DNA of 62,910 nucleotides, filler included, from Octopus bimaculoides (taxonomy: Eukaryota): NCBI RefSeq assembly GCF_001194135.2. It is 11 parts of 9 records of this genome, joined end to end, with 100 filler letters (N's around TTAATTAATTAA, not from the genome) between each part and the next. Parts side by side here need not be neighbours in the genome. Positions count along the whole stretch, not along the records: positions 37,660 to 39,629 come from NC_068999.1; positions 39,730 to 46,463 come from NW_026385350.1; positions 46,564 to 47,992 come from NW_026420282.1; positions 48,093 to 52,709 come from NC_068988.1; 7 more parts are not named here. The stretch is one strand, 5' to 3'. Position 1 is the stretch's first letter; every line of letters begins with the position of its first letter. The position numbers were made by a program, and so were the translations under genes. Shown piece after piece: positions 37,796 to 51,722 of this stretch. Under the pieces are notes generated by a model. The model ran no database searches. It was not told where the DNA came from and saw nothing but the letters and a program-made list of their open reading frames with translations.

Positions 37796-38668
37796 TTTAA
37801 ATATTTTGTGTATTGTAGATATATGACTAGTTTATCGCACATAAATTTCAGCAACAGAATCTTATATGGGCCCCCGCTCCAGGGCCATATATGATCATGA
37901 AGGCAAATAACCCGGAAATCGCGATACACAGATATTGTTTTGAGCTGAGTGGGGGTGCTAGATTCCATTGCTTGAAAATATAAGGTCACAGATCGTGTTG
38001 TATAGCCACCTGGAGACGATGTCTCCTGGGGCTAAATTACAGCAACATTCGTCCTAAACCAGGACTGCCATGCTATGTTGGCAAACAATCTTTACTCCAT
38101 GGACTCTCCCATCCAAAACTATGTATGACCGTTCGCCTTTTCTGCCGAACGGCCAGCACAAATGATTTGTTTTAAGGTGATCAAATGGTTGTGCTGCACA
38201 TTATCTCACTCACTCCCATCAAATTTATGTTGCTTGGAAAGGTATGCACAGGTGTATCGGGTGTCTGTGTTTCCATAAGAAAAATGAAACCTATCGAGGC
38301 AGATCTTCTCCGTCCAGATACTTTTCCTCTTGTCAACGCTTTACACATAAATGATGCAGACAGTATTTCCCCTGGTTCCGGAATAACAAACTGTTTAATG
38401 GCCAGTCATGTTTTTGTGGCAGATTGCAAACAACGACAGTGCAATTTAGCATATGGACAATGCTTTTATTTCTAATCAGCGCATGATCAGAACTAGGGAA
38501 ACACACACACAGAGTTGCCATTCGCTTCTTGCTATGAGAATGAAACACCAACCACATTGTTCCAAAGTGAGGTCATTAATTACATTCCAGTAGGCTGTAT
38601 GATCTTTTAAAAGTTTTCCTTTTTGGCTCAAGAGATGAGAATTCTCTCTGTCAGATATAACAAATGCC

Positions 38669-38726
38669 TTTTTCTGTCCTTGTTTGTCCTCTCTATGTTT
38701 AGCCCCTTGCAGGCAATAAAGAAATA
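38669..38726 (+). mobile_element. 58-bp 5'-truncated OK-like SINE tail with perfect 16-bp TSD
   Basis: Matches the reverse complement of 43669-43720. TSD AGATATAACAAATGCC at 38653-38668 and 38727-38742. Confidence 0.85.
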
Positions 38727-39572
38727 AGATATAACAAATGCCAAACTGTGCTGTTTGTAGGATTTGAACCTAGTTGCTAGGTTAACCTTCTGTCCACTCA
38801 TTTACCGACATCTTAGATAATGCTTCCATAAATAGATCGGAGTTGATTACTTAAAGATATTCCAGGAAAAGAGCAGACTCCCTAGCTTGGTCGTTTACAA
38901 GTATTGCCCTTGATCGGCCTTCCATGATTCGAAACGACTACAATCTAAGTTGTTGATACAGTTTTACAAAATACAGTATACAAAGTAAATAATAATGTAT
39001 CTTGGGAGGGTCGGTCATTATGCCAACAGAAACACTTACACTGGGGCTGTTTCACTTCTTTTATTACCAACCATTTGATTTATCATTTGGTCAGTCAGTC
39101 AGCTGGGTTTGTTAGAATCTTTTCATCACCGTGTGCAACTTTATTAACAACCTGTCCTCTCTATTCCACCTCTGTTGCAATAATAATGGTTTCTGCTTTA
39201 GATGCAAAGCTGACAGTTTTGAGAAGGCTTTCAAATCTTCAAATTGAGCTTCACTTGAATCAGTCTCACTGTTATATAATCCCACCCCAGTCAGTGAGGC
39301 AGCCTCAATGTGGTCCTTTGATTTACTAAAAATAGCAGCTAAACCTTGCCCAAACCACACCCTACCTTAGACATGTTAGATAATGTGTGGTCTTGGGTTG
39401 CCTGCTCATAGGCGCAGACAACTCAAGTGGGTGGGGGTGGGCAACAGTTGGAAGGCTTTTGATCATTTGTCTGTCTGATCAGGATTAACCTAGGGCTAAA
39501 TAAGACCTTTTAAAAACATAAAAAAATACAGACTAGAAATGATTAATTCTAGTAAATCCAGAAGAAAATCAC

Positions 39573-39604
<32 letters not shown>

Positions 39605-39729
39605 CGTATATAAAAACCCAATAATATATNNNNNNNNNNNNNNNNNNNNNNNNNNNNNNNNNNNNNNNNNNNNTTAATTAATTAANNNNNNNNNNNNNNN
39701 NNNNNNNNNNNNNNNNNNNNNNNNNNNNN

Positions 39730-39763
<34 letters not shown>

Positions 39764-39852
39764 GCACGTTCTCGCACTGAGGCAGACGCATAAACACATA
39801 CACCCTCAAAGAGACATGTATCTATATATACATATATACACACACATATATA

Positions 39853-39887
<35 letters not shown>

Positions 39888-40627
39888 CACACACGCGTGT
39901 ATATGTTTGTGTCTAGACGTATCAAGGCACAAACACACACGCGAACACAAAAACACGCACAGACACACACGCACAACATATATACCCATATACATACAGT
40001 CAAACATACATATAAACATAAAAAGTGATAGAGGTAGATAAGTAGATAGATAGGTAAGGATGTATGAATCTATGCATCTGTCTTTCTATCTATCTATCTA
40101 TNNNNNNNNNNNNNNNNNNNNNNNNNNNNNNNNNNNNNNNNNNNNNNNNNNNNNNNNNNNNNNNNNNNNNNNNNNNNNNNNNNNNNNNNNNNNNNNNNNN
40201 NNNNNNNNNNNNNNNNNNNNNNNNNNNNNNNNNNNNNNNNNNNNNNNNNNNNNNNNNNNNNNNNNNNNNNNNNNNNNNNNNNNNNNNNNNNNNNNNNNNN
40301 NNNNNNNNNNNNNNNNNNNNNNNNNNNNNNNNNNNNNNNNNNNNNNNNNNNNNNNNNNNNNNNNNNNNNNNNNNNNNNNNNNNNNNNNNNNNNNNNNNNN
40401 NNNNNNNNNNNNNNNNNNNNNNNNNNNNNNNNNNNNNNNNNNNATGTATTATTCATTTAAAATACAGAGATGCCTATAATAGGACATCCTACCCGCTAGA
40501 AAGAGCAGCAAAAGACAACATACCACAAAAATAGGGATAATTTCGAAAGGGAATGAAAAATAAAAACATTTACCAATCTATATTCTGTACCATGGTTTCA
40601 AGTCAATTTTAGTATCTATCTATTTAG

Positions 40628-40667
<40 letters not shown>

Positions 40668-40677
40668 GATCTATCTA

Positions 40678-40721
<44 letters not shown>

Positions 40722-41058
40722 CTTATCTACCCTATTTCTTTCTATATATATCTATAATTATGCAAGTATGTATGTAACTACATATATACACACACACAGA
40801 CGCACACACACGCACGCATCACACAGACACACACACATATATACACGTCGGCGTGCGTGCGTCTGTGTATATATTTACATGTATATAGAGATATGATCTT
40901 CTTTTTATTAATAATCGGCAGATGCCTCATGGGTTCCGAGTTCCATGCGTTGGCACGAAAACTCAGAACCCTTTAGTCACCCAGGCGATTTGTAATAAGA
41001 AAATAACGAAGCTGTGTATACCCATGTCTCCATCACCAGACCTCAACCTCTCTCCTTA

Positions 41059-41096
<38 letters not shown>

Positions 41097-41422
41097 ATCA
41101 AAATAAGCAACAGAACAGGATATCAAGTGGTGATGCAGTACGACCGTTTCGAGCGACTCCATTTCATTGAACAATTCAATCATTTTAATCAATTTAAATG
41201 CAGGGCTATCTTCAGTTGCACAAAATATAGAATTTTTTCACAAGTAGGACACATTAATGTAATTTTTCTTAAATATTTTAGCAGAGTAAGATAGAAGAAA
41301 TTCATGTTGTCCTTTTGTAGCGAAGTGGCTAAGAATTGACTATGATTTCTGAGAATCACATGGTGCATAGTGGGGTCATAGAGTTGTGATTCATTTCTTC
41401 TTTATCTCTTAATCATCTATCC

Positions 41423-41590
41423 TATTGCTTATTTTGAGAAGTCTTTAGTCGCACAAATCGACCCAAATACTTATTCTTTGTAAGCCTAATACTTATTCTA
41501 TCGGTTTTTTTTTGCCGAACCGCTAGTTTAGCGGACGTAAACACACCAACACAGATTACCAAGCGATCGTGTGGGGACAAACACAGACAC
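41423..41590 (-). mobile_element. 3' part of OR2-like SINE
   Basis: Reverse complement of the 37660-37795 type sequence. Confidence 0.8.
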
Positions 41591-41605
41591 GTAATTATAT
41601 ATACG

Positions 41606-41674
<69 letters not shown>

Positions 41675-42204
41675 NNNNNNNNNNNNNNNNNNNNNNNNNN
41701 NNNNNNNNNNNNNNNNNNNNNNNNNNNNNNNNNNNNNNNNNNNNNNNNNNNNNNNNNNNNNNNNNNNNNNNNNNNNNNNNNNNNNNNNNNNNNNNNNNNN
41801 NNNNNNNNNNNNNNNNNNNNNNNNNNNNNNNNNNNNNNNNNNNNNNNNNNNNNNNNNNNNNNNNNNNNNNNNNNNNNNNNNNNNNNNNNNNNNNNNNNNN
41901 NNNNNNNNNNNNNNNNNNNNNNNNNNNNNNNNNNNNNNNNNNNNNNNNNNNNNNNNNNNNNNNNNNNNNNNNNNNNNNNNNNNNNNNNNNNNNNNNNNNN
42001 NNNNNNNNNNNNNNNNNNNNNNNNNNNNNNNNNNNNNNNNNNNNNNNNNNNNNNNNNNNNNNNNNNNNNNNNNNNNNNNNNNNNNNNNNNNNNNNNNNNN
42101 NNNNNNNNNNNNNNNNNNNNNNNNNNNNNNNNNNNNNNNNNNNNNNNNNNNNNNNNNNNNNNNNNNNNNNNNNNNNNNNNNNNNNNNNNNNNNNNNNNNN
42201 NNNN

Positions 42205-42284
<80 letters not shown>

Positions 42285-43668
42285 ATGTATATACGTATAT
42301 ATGAATATATATATTTATATACATACATATACATAAATATACACACACATGTATATATATATTATATATATAATAAAATCATAATTTACACACGTATAGC
42401 GTGTGTATATAATTATTGTATATATAAAATATCACATTAATCAAAATATGTAGATGTAATTATATATGCATAACGTGTAAATAGACATATTACATAGGTT
42501 ATATATATATATATATACATGTACATATACATGTATATATATATATATACACACGTGTATATATATGTGCGTGGGTGTATATGGCCAAATTTATGATTTC
42601 TTAACTTTGTTTAAGTCGTTAGGTCATTGTTAATATCTTCTTGACATGCAGAATGTACAAGATGAACACTCAACACCGGTGCATTCGTCTCTCACTCACT
42701 CTCTCACTCACTCTCTCACTCTCTTTCTTTCTCTCTTTTTGTCGCTCTCTCTCCATCTGCCTTCCTCTACATATATTTTCATGCTTACACGTACACTCAC
42801 ACACACACACATATATATATATATGTATACACACACTTACAATTATATATGGAGATACATAGATATACACATGTGTATACTATACACACACAGAGACTGA
42901 AGGATATATATATATATATATATANNNNNNNNNNNNNNNNNNNNNNNNNNNNNNNNNNNNNNNNNNNNNNNNNNNNNNNNNNNNNNNNNNNNNNNNNNNN
43001 NNNNNNNNNNNNNNNNNNNNNNNNNNNNNNNNNNNNNNNNNNNNNNNNNNNNNNNNNNNNNNNNNNNNNNNNNNNNNNNNNNNNNNNNNNNNNNNNNNNN
43101 NNNNNNNNNNNNNNNNNNNNNNNNNNNNNNNNNNNNNNNNNNNNNNNNNNNNNNNNNNNNNNNNNNNNNNNNNNNNNNNNNNNNNNNNNNNNNNNNNNNN
43201 NNNNNNNNNNNNNNNNNNNNNNNNNNNNNNNNNNNNNNNNNNNNNNNNNNNNNNNNNNNNNNNNNNNNNNNNNNNNNNNNNNNNNNNNNNNNNNNNNNNN
43301 NNNNNNNNNNNNNNNNNNNNNNNNNNNNNNNNNNNNNNNNNNNNNNNNNNNNNNNNNNNNNNNNNNNNNNNNNNNNNNNNNNNNNNNNNNNNNNNNNNNN
43401 NNNNNNNNNNNNNNNNNNNNNNNNNNNNNNNNNNNNNNNNNNNNNNNNNNNNNNNNNNNNNNNNNNNNNNNNNNNNNNNNNNNNNNNNNNNNNNNNNNNN
43501 NNNNNNNNNNNNNNNNNNNNNNNNNNNNNNNNNNNNNNNNNNNNNNNNNNNNNNNNNNNNNNNNNNNNNNNNNNNNNNNNNNNNNNNNNNNNNNNNNNNN
43601 NNNNNNNNNNNNNNNNCTATCTATCTATCTATCTACCTACCTACCTACTTACGTACCTATCTATCTTA

Positions 43669-43891
43669 TTTCTTTATTGCCCTCAAGGGACACAGAGGGA
43701 CAAACGAAGACAGACAAACGGATTAAGTCGATTATATCGACTCCAGTGCGTAACTGGTACTTATTTAATCGACCCCGAAAGGATGAAAGGCAAAGTCGAC
43801 CGCGGCGGAATTTGAACACAGAACGTAGCGGCAGACGAAATACCGCTAAGCATTTCGCCCGGCGTGCTAACGTGTCTGCCAGCACGCCGCC
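43669..43891 (-). mobile_element. Young OK-like SINE, followed by (TAG)n/(GAA)n microsatellites
   Basis: Close match to the copy at 62600-62790. Confidence 0.9.
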
Positions 43892-43930
<39 letters not shown>

Positions 43931-44514
43931 AGAAGAAGAAAAAGAAGAAGAAGAAGAAGAAGAAGAAGAAGAAGAAAGGACAGTCGATGATATTGAAAAC
44001 GACTGCAGGAAGAATAAGAAGAAGGATAATTTTAATGACGACCAGGACGATAGAAATAACGACAGAACTATGAACAACAACAACAACACCAACAACAGCA
44101 GCAGCAGCACCAGTATCACCATCATAATTAACACCACTGCACTACCAGCGCCGCTAACGACGACAGCAGTCAGAATGTCATGTTAGCATAATGGAAACAG
44201 CGAAATAACATCAAAATCAAAAATGGCTGACACGGCATGAATAAAAGTGTATCTTCGAAAACAAAAGAGCTCCGACGTTATAGGAACACTTAAGTTGAGA
44301 GATGTTACTAAAATGCGCTACTTAAAACTCTCTTGGTATTGTTGCGGTTGTTGTTGTTGTTGATGTTGTTGGTGCTGGTGGTGGTGGTAGTAGAGTTGGG
44401 GGTTGTTGACTCTGAGGACGATATTGTTGTGTATCTGTTGCTATTCTCTGCGTAAGTCTATATGTATGAATATATACGTATACGTATTTCTATATTCCGT
44501 ATACATATACAATA

Positions 44515-44561
<47 letters not shown>

Positions 44562-44787
44562 NNNNNNNNNNNNNNNNNNNNNNNNNNNNNNNNNNNNNNN
44601 NNNNNNNNNNNNNNNNNNNNNNNNNNNNNNNNNNNNNNNNNNNNNNNNNNNNNNNNNNNNNNNNNNNNNNNNNNNNNNNNNNNNNNNNNNNNNNNNNNNN
44701 NNNNNNNNNNNNNNNNNNNNNNNNNNNNNNNNNNNNNNNNNNNNNNNNNNNNNNNNNNNNNNNNNNNNNNNNNNNNNNNNNNNNNNN

Positions 44788-44854
<67 letters not shown>

Positions 44855-45003
44855 CATATATATATACACACACACACAAAAACACATATATATATATGTA
44901 TCTTTGAATATATATATGAATGTGCATATTAATGCATATATATATATATAATATATATAAATTTTGTACATACACACGCGCGTGCGCACATACAAAAAAC
45001 ACG

Positions 45004-45058
<55 letters not shown>

Positions 45059-45714
45059 CTTTAAAAGTTTAAACATCCCACTCGTAAATATGCATGTGTG
45101 TATGTATAAAGGCACACAACACATACACGTGTGTCTGTATGTATATCTTTGTGTGTTATGTCTTATCTGTAAATGTGTATAGGACAACGGACCTATCAAC
45201 AGAATCGAATTACAAATGTATAAAAAGTCGACAGTGTGTATATGGGGCTGATGTTGAGGAAAAGGAGGCAGTCAGAATTTTGGATAATTCTTTATTCGCG
45301 CTTTCGTTTTTCTTTCCTGGTCAGACCTGATTTAGCAGACATACAATCAAAAATATTTCAGTTAATGTCTATTCAACCATACTCTTTCAGATTTTACTAC
45401 TGATCAGAAGGAAATTTAGCTGATGTTTCTAGCATGCCAGGTGACCACAATCAGCAACTTCATTCGTTCCACTTCCTTCTTACCCAATTCTTATAAATAT
45501 TTCCTTCGTTCTCAGTTTCGGACAATTTCTCTCTGGAAGAGATCTCATTTTTCGTTGTCATCGTGACATCCGGTGGTGTGTGTGAAGTAGGAACTCTGGG
45601 AAGATTAATTTTCAACGCATGTCAAAGATATGGCTTCCATAGTCTAAGTGTGTGTGTGAGTATGTGTGTCTCTGTACGTCTATTCATATACATACATACA
45701 TATATATACATACA

Positions 45715-45748
<34 letters not shown>

Positions 45749-45780
45749 CGTGTGTGCGTGTGTGTGTGTGNNNNNNNNNN

Positions 45781-45824
<44 letters not shown>

Positions 45825-46113
45825 CTCAGAACATAGCGACAGGCGAGATACCGCTGAGCATTCTGCCAGCTCGCCGACTGAAATAATAATAATAATAATA
45901 ATAATAATGATGATGATGTTGATGATGTTCATAATGATGATGATGATAATAATAATAATGATAATAATAATAATAATAATGGTGATAAGAATAACAACAA
46001 CAACAACAATGATAATACGTGGCAAGTGTACGTTGGGGGCTGAATCGCAGAAAGGTGGAGCAATCATCCCCCTCATCAGGTGTTGTTTGCACTGCTTAAT
46101 CTCCGACGCAAAT

Positions 46114-46202
46114 ATGGCTGCCGAACGAAAATTACGAAAACTACCAGAACTTATTACTTTCAACTCACCGACCGAGTGCAACCAATCGTACCAGGAAAAG
46201 GT
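46114..46202 (+). CDS. Candidate first coding exon MAAERKLRKLPELITFNSPTECNQSYQEK (phase 2)
   Basis: AAATATGGCT start context and GT|GTAAGG donor. No homolog recognised; speculative. Confidence 0.18.
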
Positions 46203-46563
46203 GTAAGGGGCGTCGAGTTTCCTTATTATTATTATTATTATTTTTTTTTTTTTTTTTTCCATATATATATATATATATATATAATTCTATGTTGTGTGAG
46301 TCATTTTCTCTAATCTTGTTTACAAACTCCGTAACCGGACTGAGGCAGGCGTACAGCTCTAGCCCTCGTTCAGGTTATACAATGTAAGGGGGTGATTTGA
46401 GTAAAGTCGGGTATTAGGAGACCAGAATACACACACACATATCCGTATGTATGTATATATACANNNNNNNNNNNNNNNNNNNNNNNNNNNNNNNNNNNNN
46501 NNNNNNNTTAATTAATTAANNNNNNNNNNNNNNNNNNNNNNNNNNNNNNNNNNNNNNNNNNNN

Positions 46564-47992
46564 AGGAACATGAAGCAGAGCAACTGTAACCTGAATGTGG
46601 TGACAACAGCAAGTTGGAGCAGAGCAAGTGTGACTGGGATTTAATGATAGCAGGAACATGAAGCAGATCAATTGCAACCAGAATGTGGTGACAACTACAA
46701 GTTGTAGCAGAACTCCTGGATATGGCTTCTGATGACAGCAGGAACATGAAGCAGAGCAACTATGACTTAGATTTGGTGACAGCAGGAACATGAAGCAGAG
46801 CAACTGTGACCAGAAGGTAGTGACAACAACAAAGTGGAGCAGAACNNNNNNNNNNNNNNNNNNNNNNNNNNNNNNNNNNNNNNNNNNNNNNNNNNNNNNN
46901 NNNNNNNNNNNNNNNNNNNNNNNNNNNNNNNNNNNNNNNNNNNNCAGCAGGAACATGGAGTGTAGCAACTGTAATTAGAATGTGGTGACAACAGCAAGTT
47001 GTAAGCAGAGCAACTGTGTGGGTTTTGATAACAGCAAAAACATAGAGCAGAGCAACTATTAGATTTGGTGACAGCAGGATCAAGAAGCAAAGCAACTGTG
47101 ACCAGAAGGTGGTTACAGCAGCAATATGAGCAGAGCAACTGTCTGTGATTTGGAGGTGGATTTGATGACGGCAAGAACATGGAGCAGAGCTGCTATTACT
47201 TAGATTTGGTGACAGCAGAAACATGAAGCAGAGCAACTGTGACTGGAATGTGATAACAACAGAATGATGGAACAAAGTAACTGTGAGTGGGATTTGATGA
47301 CAGCAAGATCATAGAGCNNNNNNNNNNNNNNNNNNNNNNNNNNNNNNNNNNNNNNNNNNNNNNNNNNNNNNNNNNNNNNNNNNNNNNNNNNNNNNNNNNN
47401 NNNNNNNNNNNNNNNNNNNNNNNNNNNNNNNNNNNNNNNNNNNNNNNNNNNNNNNNNNNNNNNNNNNNNNNNNNNNNNNNNNNNNNNNNNATTTGGTGAC
47501 AGCAAGAACATGAAGCAGAGCAACTGTAACTAGGATTTGATAACAGACATATGGAGCAGAGCTACTTTTACTTAGATTTGGTGTTAGCAGGAACAAGAAG
47601 CAAAGCAACTGTGACCAGAAAGTGGTGACAACAACAAAGTGGAGCAGAACAAGCATGACTGGGATTTGATGACAGCAGGAACATGGAGGACAGAAACTGT
47701 AACCAGAATGTGGTGACAACTACAAGTTCTAGCAGAGCAATTGTCTGTGAGTTTTGATAACAAGAAGCTGGTGACAACATCAAGGTGGAGCAGAGCAACT
47801 ATGGCTTAGNNNNNNNNNNNNNNNNNNNNNNNNNNNNNNNNNNNNNNNNNNNNNNNNNNNNTGATGACAGCAAGTTGGAGCAGAGCAAAGCAACTGTGAC
47901 TGGGGCTTGGTGACAGCAGGAACATGGAGCAGAGCAACTGTGACTGGGATTTGATGGCAGCAAGAACATGAAGCAGAGCTACTATTACTTAG
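46564..47992. repeat. 44-bp minisatellite with two unit variants, interrupted by gaps
   Basis: AGCAGAGC anchors recur at 46574, 46618, 46662, 46706, 46750, 46794 and 46838 (exact 44-bp period). Confidence 0.93.
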
Positions 47993-49369
47993 NNNNNNNN
48001 NNNNNNNNNNNNNNNNNNNNNNNNNNNNNNNNNNNNTTAATTAATTAANNNNNNNNNNNNNNNNNNNNNNNNNNNNNNNNNNNNNNNNNNNNATGCATAT
48101 TATTATTAAGAAGCCTGTCTGTGAACTTGGCGATATACGATTCGCTGACGACCATTCCTTCTCACGAATATTATTAATATTTTGTTTTCTTTCTCTGCGT
48201 TTTTGCCCCACCCCTTTTCTCTGTGCAGGACTCATATTTACGTTTCCCCTCATTTCTTCTAAATCTAGCATAAATTCTCAACTGTACGTTCAAACATTCA
48301 TAAACTTATGTATAAAGATGCATACAGGAATATATATATACACACACAAACACAAACACACACATATATTATAGAGTAATACATAACATCACATATACAC
48401 TTGTATGTATATATACATAAATGTGTGTGTTTTGTGGGTAAGCGTGGCTAAGTGACTGTGCACATGGGTGTATGTATGTGGGACTTCGCATATATATACT
48501 CTCTTATTCCCTTCAATGTTCTATAATGCTATAATAGGTTTTGAATATAAACTCACCAAATTAAAACTGGTGTACGATGCAGAAACAAATATTGTGGACT
48601 ACTATTAAGACCTGTTATCCTCAATCATCGTGTTAGGTTATCCTTATGCATATATATATATGTATGTATGTATGCATGTATGTATATATGTATGTATGTA
48701 CGTACGTACGTATGTATGTACGTATGTATGTATGTATGTATCTACGTACATACATATGTATAAACACACAGAATACACGTGATTGTTTAAACAATCCTAG
48801 AAACGATAAATTTAAAACTAACTTTCTCCACACTTTCTAAATTCAGTGTGTGCATATATCTACTCGCTTAAGTATATATATGTGTATGTATGTATATATA
48901 TATATATATATNNNNNNNNNNNNNNNNNNNNNNNNNNNNNNNNNNNNNNNNNNNNNNNNNNNNNNNNNNNNNNNNNNNNNNNNNNNNNNNNNNNNNNNNN
49001 NNNNNNNNNNNNNNNNNNNNNNNNNNNNNNNNNNNNNNNNNNNNNNNNNNNNNNNNNNNNNNNNNNNNNNNNNNNNNNNNNNNNNNNNNNNNNNNNNNNN
49101 NNNNNNNNNNNNNNNNNNNNNNNNNNNNNNNNNNNNNNNNNNNNNNNNNNNNNNNNNNNNNNNNNNNNNNNNNNNNNNNNNNNNNNNNNNNNNNNNNNNN
49201 NNNNNNNNNNNNNNNNNNNNNNNNNNNNNNNNNNNNNNNNNNNNNNNNNNNNNNNNNNNNNNNNNNNNNNNNNNNNNNNNNNNNNNNNNNNNNNNNNNNN
49301 NNNNNNNNNNNNNNNNNNNNNNNNNNNNNNNNNNNNNNNNNNNNNNNNNNNNNNNNNNNNNNNNNNNNN

Positions 49370-49412
<43 letters not shown>

Positions 49413-49814
49413 CATACACATGCATATGTGTCTGTATGTGTATGCGTGTATATATATATTTGTGTGTGTGTATGCTTTCGTATGTATGAATGTATACGTG
49501 TATTTGTGTTTGCATTTGCGTGCATATCGATGTACGAGTTACGCGTGTTGAGCATAAGTATGTCTGTGTGTATGCAAGATTTCCCGCCGGCTTTCCAGCT
49601 GGATGGAAGTAACTGTAGCTCTTCTACGAAGGAGTCTAATAGTGATGTGTTTTAATGAGTAATGCATGCTTGGTTTGTTGTGCTGTTGAAATCATTCGTG
49701 AAGAAATTGCGAACTAAGCCGACGTAGATACACATTTTTCCTCTCACAGCGTCGTTACTGTACATTGCTACTCTTTCTTCTTGCTAATCATGTTACTGAT
49801 ATACACCGGTTTCA

Positions 49815-50010
49815 GACGATGACGATGATGATGATGATGATGATGATGAGGAGGAGGAGGATTATGATGATGATGTGTTATGCTGTTATTTTTGTTCTAC
49901 TGTTGTTGCGAATGATGATGGTAATGATGATGATGATGTTGATGACGACGATGATGACGACGACGATGATGACGACGACGATGATGATGATGATGATTAA
50001 GATGATAATC

Positions 50011-50052
<42 letters not shown>

Positions 50053-50195
50053 ATGATGATAATGATGATAATGATGATGATGATGATGATGACGATGGTG
50101 ATGATGATGATGACGGCGACAACGGCGACGACGATGGTGATGATGATGGTGATGATGATGGTGATGACGATGTTGATGATGACGATGATGATGAT
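49815..50195. repeat. Long imperfect (GAT/GAC)n trinucleotide array
   Basis: Directly visible; source of the poly-Met, poly-His and poly-Ile ORFs. Confidence 0.95.
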
Positions 50196-50675
50196 GAAGG
50201 GTATGCGTTTGCAATCAAGGGAAGGAAATATCAAACAAGAACCTGATGAACGAAAGGGACAGAGATGCAGGAAAAGCAGTAAAATGTGACAACCCTCATC
50301 ATAAGCAGCTGTCCGAAAATGTCATCATGGTATTATCTACCGATGAGACATGATGTTGTAGCAAGGACACTCTATAGTGAAATCCGTCGGAAGGATAAAC
50401 CCGAGGACAAAGAAATAAGAACCCACAGTATGGTAAAAGCCATAGCCATTCATAATACAAGGGCGTACTGGTGGAATGTTCCAATGAAGACCTCAATGAA
50501 ATGTATGCACAACGGACCTGATATAATGATTTGGGATAGCGAAGAGAAACTGTGCACAGTTGTGGAAATGAGCTGCCCAGCGGATATTTACATAAAGCTG
50601 AAGATTAGTGAGAAAGAGAACACCTATTCTCAACTATTGAGAAATCTGCAGTTACTCTATTCAGATTACAAGCTT
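50196..50675 (+). mobile_element. Second copy of the R4/Dong-like RLE LINE C-terminal region
   Basis: EGYAFAI..., IISSCPKMSSWYYLPMRHDVVARTLY...YWWNVP...PDIMIWDSEEKLCTVVEMSCPAD...KISEKENTYSQLLRNLQLLY; clearly homologous to 16730-17300 (-). Confidence 0.88.
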
Positions 50676-51722
50676 CGGTACCCAGTCACAACCACTGTCT
50701 CTGAATCAGTGTTTGACTCCGACTTGGAATTCGGATTTATGAATGAGACCAGTGCCGTTGCAGCTCTGCAGAAGACGTTTGCACAGTTTCCTCAGCGCTG
50801 ATCGCTTACTTCGATACGTCAGCTTCAATGCTGTCGTCAAATGTAGTTTCGATGCACCGGTGTTATAATGCAAGAAGAGCTGGTAGTGTTATACGTCAAT
50901 TACAACAAAAGACGGGATGGCATCACAAGCGTCCGAGACACCATGTCTCTCAGTTGGGATGTGATATGCAGCCTTATTATCTCCAACTGCAACCTAGTGA
51001 AGACAGCATCAAACTCAGACTTCGTCACTCGATAAGTAGAGAACCGCCATCAAACGAAATACTGGCTGGTCTCAGGTTTCTTTTCAAAAGTAAAGGAGAG
51101 TCGTCCTACATCCTGGACTCCGAATCAAACCCCCTCTCATTTTGATGTAGAAATTGAAATCCGAACGATTGAGAGTCCTGATGCCGAATGGTTCTTTCAG
51201 CAGATATTCTTCGCTAGTTTTACCGGGACTGCAAAATTATTGCATGATTCTCGGTAATGTAGTTCACTATAAACTATTCTTTTTATAAATTAAAAATCGT
51301 GCCGAAACGTGCCAGAAACGCGGTTTAATAAATCATAATTTTATTGCATTTTTCTCTTATTAAAAAACGAAAAATATATTTTCGATCACAACAATATTAT
51401 TTTTCAAAATCAATGATATACAGAAATCCAAATGTCATTGTGTCGAAGCCTAAAGGTTATCAGAAATATTTAATAGAAGTTACAGCAGTAACGGGATACC
51501 AAAGTTTCTGCCAATTAAATAAGTCAGTATTCTTTGGTGTTCTTCGCCAACTGCCCATTAGATATCTTCTTTAAAATCGTGTTTTAGAGGTGAGAAAATG
51601 CTTAAACTATGTTATATGAAAACGCTTTGTTTAAAAATAATTTACTAAAAGTTTTTCGACACAATGTTTCAAGTTAAATACTATGAATTTAATGCATCCA
51701 GGTGATCTCAGTTGTATTTTAG

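Noticed and set aside
46564-47992. CRISPR-like look of a conserved motif alternating with variable segments
   Set aside because: The variable parts are homologous to each other (two variants of one 44-bp unit), there are no unique spacers or cas genes, and the context is eukaryotic.
49765-50289. Poly-Met, poly-His and poly-Ile ORFs
   Set aside because: They are frames of a (GAT)n microsatellite; no evidence of coding.
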